Shown here: positions 55,224-64,000 of the stretch, piece after piece | How positions within the stretch are numbered: position 1 is the first letter of the stretch | How the letters are laid out: the number at the start of each line of letters is the position of its first letter | NCBI RefSeq assembly: GCF_009914755.1 | Contig: NC_060944.1 | Reading direction: 5' to 3' (one strand) | Length of the DNA: 64,000 nt | Source of the DNA: the human T2T-CHM13v2.0 reference genome, Homo sapiens | Notes under the pieces: generated by a model | Databases searched by the model: none | What the model was told of the DNA's origin: nothing | What the model saw: the letters and a program-made list of their open reading frames with translations, nothing else | Made by a program: the position numbers and the translations under genes

Positions 55224-55409
55224 TTACATAAAGTAGGCCCTCTAGCAATCACCAACTGGGTGAAGTCCTACAAAGCCCAGACAAATACAATAACTGGGGG
55301 AGTGGGGAGGGCAGCATTACATAAAGTAGGCCCCCTAGCGATCACCAACTCGGTGAAGTCCTACAAAGCCCAGACAAATACAATAACTGGGGGAGTGGGG
55401 AGGGCAGCA
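55224..55409 (+). repeat. 93-bp direct tandem duplication (2 copies, ~3 mismatches)
   Basis: ttacataaagtaggccc...gggagggcagca at 55224-55316 and 55317-55409; seen as a 31-aa repeat in ORF 55218-55433. Confidence 0.95.
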
Positions 55410-55612
55410 TTTAGGGAAGATAAGAACCCATGATCAGACACACACCACCCAGTGCGGTCCATTTCATTTGTCCCGTTTCAACACAGTGAGGTGGGTTTGT
55501 GGTGATCTCAGAGCATGTAAACGAAACCCTTTTCTCCTTTAGCTACCGATACTATTAATCACTACTGTAGCAAGCAGGGCATGGGCTCCAGGCACCACAA
55601 AGAAGCCCTCGC

Positions 55613-55814
55613 ATCAGGAGATCGAGACCTTCTTAGCTAACATGGTGAAACCTCGTTTCTATTAAAAAGAATACAAAAAATTAGCCGGGCGTGGTGGCAG
55701 GCGCCTGTAGTCCCAGCTACCCGGAAGGCAGAGCTTGCAGTGAGCCGAGATTGCGCCACTGCACTCCAGCCTGGGCGACAGAGCAAGACTCTGTCTCAAA
55801 AAAAAAAAAAAAAA
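55613..55814 (+). mobile_element. 5'-truncated AluY with internal deletion, inserted in retrocopy 3'UTR
   Basis: Starts at tcaggagatcgagacc; Y-type gctaac and gagcttgcag; ~30-nt deletion after cccagctac; A-tail; TSD aaagaagccctcgc (55599-55612) / aaagaagcactcgc (55815-55828). Confidence 0.9.
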
Positions 55815-56287
55815 AAAGAAGCACTCGCTTATGGGTTTCCCTGGAACCCCCAAATTTTGAAAGGTTAAGGATTTTAGACCTTGCTTCATATACCCAGCCC
55901 TCGACAGCACAGGATAAGTACAGAGGTATTGGTCTTTAAACTTATCCCTACCAACTCACATTTTTTTCCAAACACACATACCCTCTGGAACATGGTAGAC
56001 CTAATCTAGTGAAGAATGGATCTGGGATGTAAAGCATGTCCTGTGCCCTAGGATTAGACAAGCCTCACCTAATCTTGGCTTCCTCTCTGGGCCTTTCACC
56101 TGGCCCAACCTCTCCTAATCTCTCTGCACCACCATTTCCTGTTTAGACTAATTTCCAATCTTCCAGTAGTTGGCTATCGAGTCATGAGGCAACCCAGTTA
56201 AAACCTAGTCTCCCATAAAACATTTTCAAGGCAGAGGGGGTTTCAAGAGGATATTATGGCAGAAAAGCCAGCTCTCATTAGCAAAAA

Positions 56288-56295
56288 TGAGGTAG
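56288..56295 (-). promoter_or_regulatory. let-7 8mer target site (CTACCTCA) retained from LIN28A 3'UTR
   Basis: Plus strand TGAGGTAGT equals let-7 nt 1-9; minus strand gaactacctca. Confidence 0.75.
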
Positions 56296-56892
56296 TTCAA
56301 TAGGCCAGGCACTCCAAATAGTTGCTCTCCCTGGTTCCAAAAATGACAAAAAGTATTTCTGCTGTGCAAACCTGGAGTTGCTGCCGGCTTGTTCCTGAGA
56401 CCGCTCATGTACCTGAGAACACAGTGCAGGAAATGAGGGCCTTAGGTTAAAATATACAAAAATACAAAAGCAGAATATTTACATTAAGGAAAAAAACATT
56501 AAAATGCACAAGATGACGTCAGTCGCACACAGCTAATGCAGTTGGCATCCTGCAGAAAGTGAGACCTGAGGTGCTGTATCCAAGGGCGCAAATAAATAAA
56601 ATCACATTGGCCCAGAATGGGGTGGGGGTGAGCATAGGAGCAGCAGGTTTGCAGCTGTTCTCCCAAACACCCTTCTTGCCATCATCTGTAGCCATTGCTT
56701 GGGAGAGTTCCCAGGACCCTAACCCAAAAGTGGGTATAAGGATACAAGATGTGAAAACAAAACAAAAACACTGCCTTATTCCTGAGAGATTCCCTCCCAC
56801 AGAATGTAGTGGCTTGGCTCCATGGATCTGGTCTTGTACTTAATCACTTCACTCTGGCGTGGGAATTATTACTATATATTCTTCTTTAAAAG

Positions 56893-57425
56893 TGTCGGAG
56901 GTGTTTGAACCAGAGTAACTCCATCTTGAATAGGGGCTGGCTAAAATAAGGCTGGGACCTGTTGCGCTGCATTCCCAAGAGGTTAAGGCATTCTTAGCCA
57001 CAGGATGAGATACAACATACAATTCATAAAGACCTTGCTGATAAAACAGGTTGCAGTAAAGAAGCCGGCCATGTACCAGCAAAACCAAGATGGCGATGAG
57101 AGTGACCTCTGGTTGTCCTCACAGCTACACTCCCACCAGCACCATGACAGTTTACAAATGCCACGCCAACGTCAGGAAGTTACCCTGTATGGTCTAAAAA
57201 GGGGAGGCAGGAATAATCCACCCCTCGTTTAGCATATAATCAAGAAACGACCATAAAAACGGGCAACCAGTAGCCCTCAGGGGCTGCTCTGCCTATGGAG
57301 CAGCCATTCGTTATTCCTTTCCTTTCTTAATAAACGTGCTTTCACGGACTCACCCTGAATTCTTTCTTGCGCCATGTCCAAGAACCTTCTCTTAGGGTCT
57401 GGATCGGGACCTCTTTCCGGTAACA
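56893..57425 (+). mobile_element. MER41A solo LTR (ERV1) inserted in the retrocopy 3'UTR, antisense to LIN28A
   Basis: Begins TGTCGGAGGTGTTTGAACCAGAG, ends GGGACCTCTTTCCGGTAACA; internal ATAAAGACCTTGCTGATAAAACAGG and AATAAA ~57329; lacks the tandem TTCCNGGAA block of MER41B. Flanks aaag/aagg form an imperfect 4-bp TSD; LIN28A 3'UTR continues on both sides. Confidence 0.9.
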
Positions 57426-57715
57426 AAGGAAAACAACTTCCCTATCTAGGCCATTTTCAAAAGCTGGAAATTCCCGCTGCCATCCCCCACCGCCCCCAGA
57501 AGCCCTCACTTGCATATGGACAGAGCATGGTTGGAGTTCCTTTGCCTCACCTTTTCCCCCCACCTAGAGGGAAGAAGGGGCGATGGTGTGAACCCCAGCC
57601 TGAGATACATGGCAGTGCCAACTGGCCCAAATGCACCCTATTCCCACTTTCTCCACTTTGCCTGTTCCATGAAACTTCCTGCTCTTGGGAAACAGGAAGC
57701 TTCACCCTTTGTGGC

Positions 57716-58335
57716 TCAATTCTTGGAACCCCAGAATCAGGGCAGGGCTGTGGATTTCTTCTTCTTCCCTTGGAGAGTAGGTTGGCTTGCCCTGTGCGCT
57801 AGGGGCCTGCTGGGCCTTCAGCAGACACGAGGCTACCACATGGCTGATGCTCTGGCAGAAGTGGCACTTCTTGGGCTGGGGTGGCAGCTTGCATTCCTTA
57901 GCATGATGGTCTAGACCTCCACAGTTGTAGTACCCGTCTCCTTTTGATGTGCGTTTCTGCATGTTCTTCTCCTTTGGCCGCCTCTCACTCCCAATGCAGA
58001 ACACCCCACCAGGTCCGGTGACACAGGTAGTTTCCACACCCTTGGGTGACTCCTCCACTGTTTCGTCCTCCTTCAGGCTCCAGGAAGCCCTCCGTGTGCA
58101 GCTTACTCTGGTACACAAAGACGTCCACTGGGGGATCGAGCGCGACCCTGGCTAGGGCGGTCATGGACAGGAAGACAAACCCCAAGCCCACGTTGAACCG
58201 CTTACAGATGCCCGCATCGTGCAGCAGCTGAGGCTTGTCCGCCGGCGGGGCCGTGTCCTCCGGCACCTCTTTAGGCGCCTCCTCTGCCACCTTAGCGCAG
58301 CCACCTGCTAACTGCTGGTTGGACACGGAGCCCAG
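57716..58335 (-). pseudogene. Disabled LIN28A CDS remnant
   Basis: Start ATG->CTG (plus cag 58333-58335); +1 frameshift near 58083 (ttc ctgg agc vs ttc cgg agc); in-frame loss of ~4 codons (FTFK); W46->R and H75->Y in the cold-shock domain; first Cys of knuckle 1 ->Y (GDGYYNC); second +1 shift just before the original TGA (plus tca 57716-57718). Confidence 0.93.
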
Positions 58336-58400
58336 GGTCGTCAGCTGAGCCCGCAGCCCTGGGTCCCTGGTTGGGCGGCTGCTGGCCCCAGAGAAGTCCG
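58121..58400. other. CpG-rich segment (5' end of the retrocopy)
   Basis: About 21 CpG in 280 bp by manual count; GC-rich, in a window that is otherwise CpG-depleted. Confidence 0.75.
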
Positions 58401-59612
58401 AAGGCTTCAACCTTCTTCACTACCTATGTTTTCAACGGCTGTGTAAAAGAATGCATATACTTCACCTTTAAAGGGTTTACTTGGTGGAAATAAAAAAGGA
58501 ATTCATAAATTTTAAAGTTTCCGCTTACATAACAGCAGCTAGATCTGGTAGGGAGTCGGAGCATGACAATTCCATGGTATGCCTGCTGCAGAGAGGGCCC
58601 AGGGTAAGGTACCGCTTCCCCACCTGGGAACACACAGAAAGATTTCTAGGGCAGTATAATTATTTCTAGAATGAGAAATCATTCCAAGAAAATAAAGAGG
58701 TTGAAAACACCTGTCTGGCTTCCCTTAGGGGAGATCACAGATGGTTAAAACGGGAAGTAGAGAAAGGAAATTATCTATATATATGTGTATATAATCGTTG
58801 GAGAACCTGAAAATATCAGGAGATAGATGAGTAGATTCATTTCATAGATGCAGCCTTTAGCGGGAGGGCACTTCACTAAAAGAAGCCCCAGCCCCATGTT
58901 CTCCAAACATGCATTGGGAAAATAGCATTTGCACAGGGTACTTCTGAAGAAGATCTGTTTTCTCACACTCTTCAAGGAGGCATTTCGAGATTTCAGAAAT
59001 CCTTCTGTGCCTCAGAAGGGAGGGGTGGACTCACAGATGTGTGGCAATGGCCTGAGTATGTAATGAAGAAGCCACAGTGTGCAGACTTAGAGCAGAGGCA
59101 GAAGGGTGGACCCTGAGATATTATCTGTGGATACCTGGAAAGCAAGTCAGAAGGAAAGGCAGGACCAGTCATGCGTCAGCAGTCACCAGTCCAGGGAACA
59201 GAAGAGACACGTCACCAGTGGCAACAGCCATTGATGATCTGAGGACAGTGAACATCTTTATTGGTTCTGTGGAACTTCACAAACCTCCTGCCCTGATGCG
59301 CCATCTCCAGGGAGGGTAAAGAGAGGCTGGAAAAACAAAAAAGGCTGAATTATCCAAAATCAGGAATTTAAGCCAGAAGTAAGTGAAAGTTGGCAACTGG
59401 AAGAATGAGTCCACAGGAGGAATATTAGGACTGTTATAGAATATAAAGTTTATTTTATGTGTAGAACTCATTATCATTTTATATAAATGTATAATCCAAT
59501 GACAAATACCTTCAAATATTTAGCAAACTTGGGTCTAGTTCCATGGAAAAGTTGAGCATTTATGAAAGTTAAGAAATATTTAAGAAATTAAAAATCTTTC
59601 AAGTGTTTCTTC

Positions 59613-59902
59613 TTTTTTTTTTTTTTTTTTTTTTTGAGACGGAGTCTCACTCTGTAGCCCAGGCTGGAGTGTAGTGGTGCGACCTCGGCTCACTGCAACC
59701 TCTGCCTCCTGGGTTCAAGCAATTCTCCTGCCTCAGCCTCCTGAGTAGCTGGGACTACAGGTGCACACCACGGCTAATTTCTTTTGTATTTTAGTAGAGA
59801 CAGGCTTGCCCAGGCCAGTCTCGAACTCCTGAGCTCAGGCAATCCACCTGCCTCAGCCTCCCAAAGTGCTAGGATTACAGGCATGCGCCACCATGCCCAG
59901 CC
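59613..59902 (-). mobile_element. AluS
   Basis: T-tail, ctcgaactcctgagctcaggcaatcc; TSD aagtgtt(t)ctt. Confidence 0.95.
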
Positions 59903-61428
59903 AAGTGTTCTTTAAAAATTGTGCTTTGTGACAACTCTAAAGATAAGCCTATTCTAGAAATCTCTCCATTGAATGCTTATTTTAATTTCAATAAACTTGG
60001 GATAATAGTGTAATAAAGTGTCATATGGTTATTCTTCATCTTTAATAATTATTAATACTCTACTATTTATGCTTCATTTTTCTTTCTTTTCATTTTTTCT
60101 TTTTCTTTCTTCACCTTCCTTTTTAATTTCCTCCTTCCTTCTTTCTTTCCTTTCTTCCTTCCTTTTTTTCCTGAAGTATCTTAAAATACAAATACACTCA
60201 ATAGATGTTTTCTAAGTAAATAAATGACACACATGTGTGGCTTTAAATGTCAATTAAGAAGTTATTGTGGGCCAGTTAAAATTACAAGTTGTTAACTCTT
60301 TCCCCTTTAGAAGTTTTGAGTCATGAAGACAGGAAACAGATAAACAATTATAATTTAGTGAACTAAACACAATAATAAGAGTATGAACTGGGATAGTATG
60401 TAAATGAAAGGATATAAATTAATAGGAAGAGCATAATAGGAAGAAAAAAGATGATAGAATATGATGGAAGAAAGGCTACTACGGGTGGAAGGAAGAGCAT
60501 TGGGCACCAGGAACACTTGTCTGTCCACGGTATGTAGGAGGATAGCGTGAACAAGGGCAGTAATTCATCTGAAAAAAATTCAGGTTTTTACTTCCAGATT
60601 TTCAGGAAAGGTAAAAATGAGAATCAAACCTATTAAACACATTGTGCCAGAGACCAATAGTCCCCTTTTTGATCCTCTCTTCACCTACCCCTTGAGGGAG
60701 GCACTTAAGGTAGTTTGCATGCATGTGGAAATTACAAACATATGTACATGTGAACATATGCATACAATATATAGACCAATATGTATATGCTATGTATATT
60801 TATATGGTGTATCCATAATGTAAGATATATGTGTGTATATATGTGTGTACAAGTTTCATTTGTGTATGGAAATAAAACAACCTTGGATGGAAAAAAAAAA
60901 AAAAGACGAAGAGGCATGAGAGGAGAGCATGTTACCTTCAGAAACTGCAAGTGATGAAGCCTCAATGGGCCACAGATGAGATTTATGGAGAAGTGGTGGA
61001 AGACGAGCCTAGGGAAAGCCTATAAAGGAACAGGCCTTTATATCCTTGTATATATGTTTTAAATCCTTAGATTTAGGGGGAGTTTTTCAGTTTTAAGCTG
61101 AAAGGAATGGATCAGATTTAGTTTTGGAAAAATCAATGTGAAGGATAAACACAACCTGGTATAAGGTAAAGACTAATGAGATAGACAAAATTGGCAAGAG
61201 TGATAAAAAATGAAACAGAAAGGTTACAACTAAAACATATTAGGGGTAAAAGAAATATATAACTGAGCTCCAGGTAGGATTTGAAAAGAAAAATAAATTA
61301 TAGTGAACAACTCGAAGCCAGTGCTATGAAAAATCAAATAGTGAAACATTTTTAGGCAAAAGATAACATCAAAACTAACGAGAAACATGACAGTTTTATA
61401 ATATTTCAATAAAGAAATTTAATAGTTA

Positions 61429-63480
<2,052 letters not shown>

Positions 63481-63509
63481 AATACCTTCTTTATGCATGT
63501 AGAAAAGTT

Positions 63510-63631
63510 TTCTATCTCTGTCATAACAAATTACCATGAATTTGTCCGCTTAAAGAACGCAAATTAATTATCTTACAGTTCTGTAGTCAGACACAGGACA
63601 CAGGCCTTGCTAGGCTAAAATCAAGGTGTTC
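63510..63631 (-). mobile_element. MLT1C/D fragment
   Basis: cataacaaattaccatg...ttatcttacagttctgtagtcag...ggctaaaatcaaggtg. Confidence 0.7.
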
Positions 63632-63633
63632 TA

Positions 63634-64000
63634 TTAGAATGGCTTTTATCAAAAAAAGAAAAATATTGGCAAGGATATGGAGAAAAGGAAACCTTTGTAC
63701 ATTGTTGGTGGGAATGTAAATTATTACAGCAATTATGGAAAATAATACAGATGTTTCTCAAAAAATTAAAAATACACTTAACATATGATCAAGTAATCCC
63801 GCTCCTAGGTACATACCCAAAGGAAATGAATTCAGTATATTGAAGAGATATCTGCACTGCCATGTTTATTGCAGTATTAGTCACAGTAGCCAAGATATGG
63901 AGTCAACCTAAGTGTCATCAAGTAATGAATGGATAAAGAAAATGTAGTGTGTGCATATTATACACATACACATATACATACACAGTGGAATACTATTCAC
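63634..64000 (+). mobile_element. L1MA 3' region (runs off window)
   Basis: ttagaatggcttttatcaaaaaa...gttggtgggaatgtaaatt...catgtttattgcagtatt...aatggataaagaaaatgt. Confidence 0.88.

Larger units (their letters stand above)
54248..58407 (-). pseudogene. LIN28A-pseudogene: Processed (retrotransposed) pseudogene of LIN28A, near full-length mRNA copy (5'UTR + CDS + complete 3'UTR + poly(A)); exact LIN28AP locus number not determined
   Basis: ORFs 57985-58410 and 57702-58118 give GSVSNQQLAGGCAK...ICKRFNVGLGFVFLSMT...VDVFVYQSKLH and SLKE...VTGPGGVFCIGSERRPK...CGGLDHHAKEC...KCHFCQSISHVVASC...EEEEIHSP, i.e. LIN28A cold-shock domain plus zinc knuckles, with no introns. AATAAA (plus-strand tttatt ~54272-54281), T-run at 54246-54256, TSD CAACCTTCTT at 54238-54247 and 58408-58417. 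Confidence 0.97.

Noticed and set aside
55218-55433. ORF with a 31-aa repeat
   Set aside because: By-product of the 93-bp duplication, antisense to a 3'UTR remnant.
56288-56300. let-7 miRNA gene (TGAGGTAGT on plus strand)
   Set aside because: Only 9 nt match and no hairpin; it is the complement of the LIN28A let-7 target site.
57190-57235. Interferon-inducible STAT1 (GAS) enhancer in MER41
   Set aside because: The tandem TTCCNGGAA block of MER41B is absent (aaaaggggaggcaggaataatcc), consistent with MER41A.
57985-58410. 141-aa ORF as a functional LIN28 paralogue (or LIN28B)
   Set aside because: Its start is a TTG within the TSD, the true ATG is lost, a frameshift splits the cold-shock domain and key residues are mutated. 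The N-terminus and UTR match LIN28A, not LIN28B.

Overview
Primate (human-like) gene-poor, AT-rich, repeat-dense DNA with no intact protein-coding gene, RNA gene or CRISPR array that I can support. Most of the window is interspersed repeats: Alu, L1, MaLR/ERVL/ERV1 LTRs, a full THE1A provirus, MER2/Tigger3/MER5 DNA transposons, MIR and L2. The key feature is a near full-length processed pseudogene of LIN28A on the minus strand (~54248-58407). It has 5'UTR, intronless CDS, the whole 3'UTR, AATAAA, a poly(A) remnant and a perfect 10-bp TSD (CAACCTTCTT), and it inserted into an old MLT1 LTR. It later acquired a MER41A solo LTR, a truncated AluY and a 93-bp tandem duplication. It appears to lack the inverted Alu pair of the modern human LIN28A 3'UTR, so it may be a fossil of the pre-Alu mRNA. 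It also keeps a CpG-rich 5' end, a CTG in the original Kozak context and the let-7 site. Repeat subfamily calls and comparisons to LIN28A come from recall of consensus and mRNA sequences and need confirmation by alignment.
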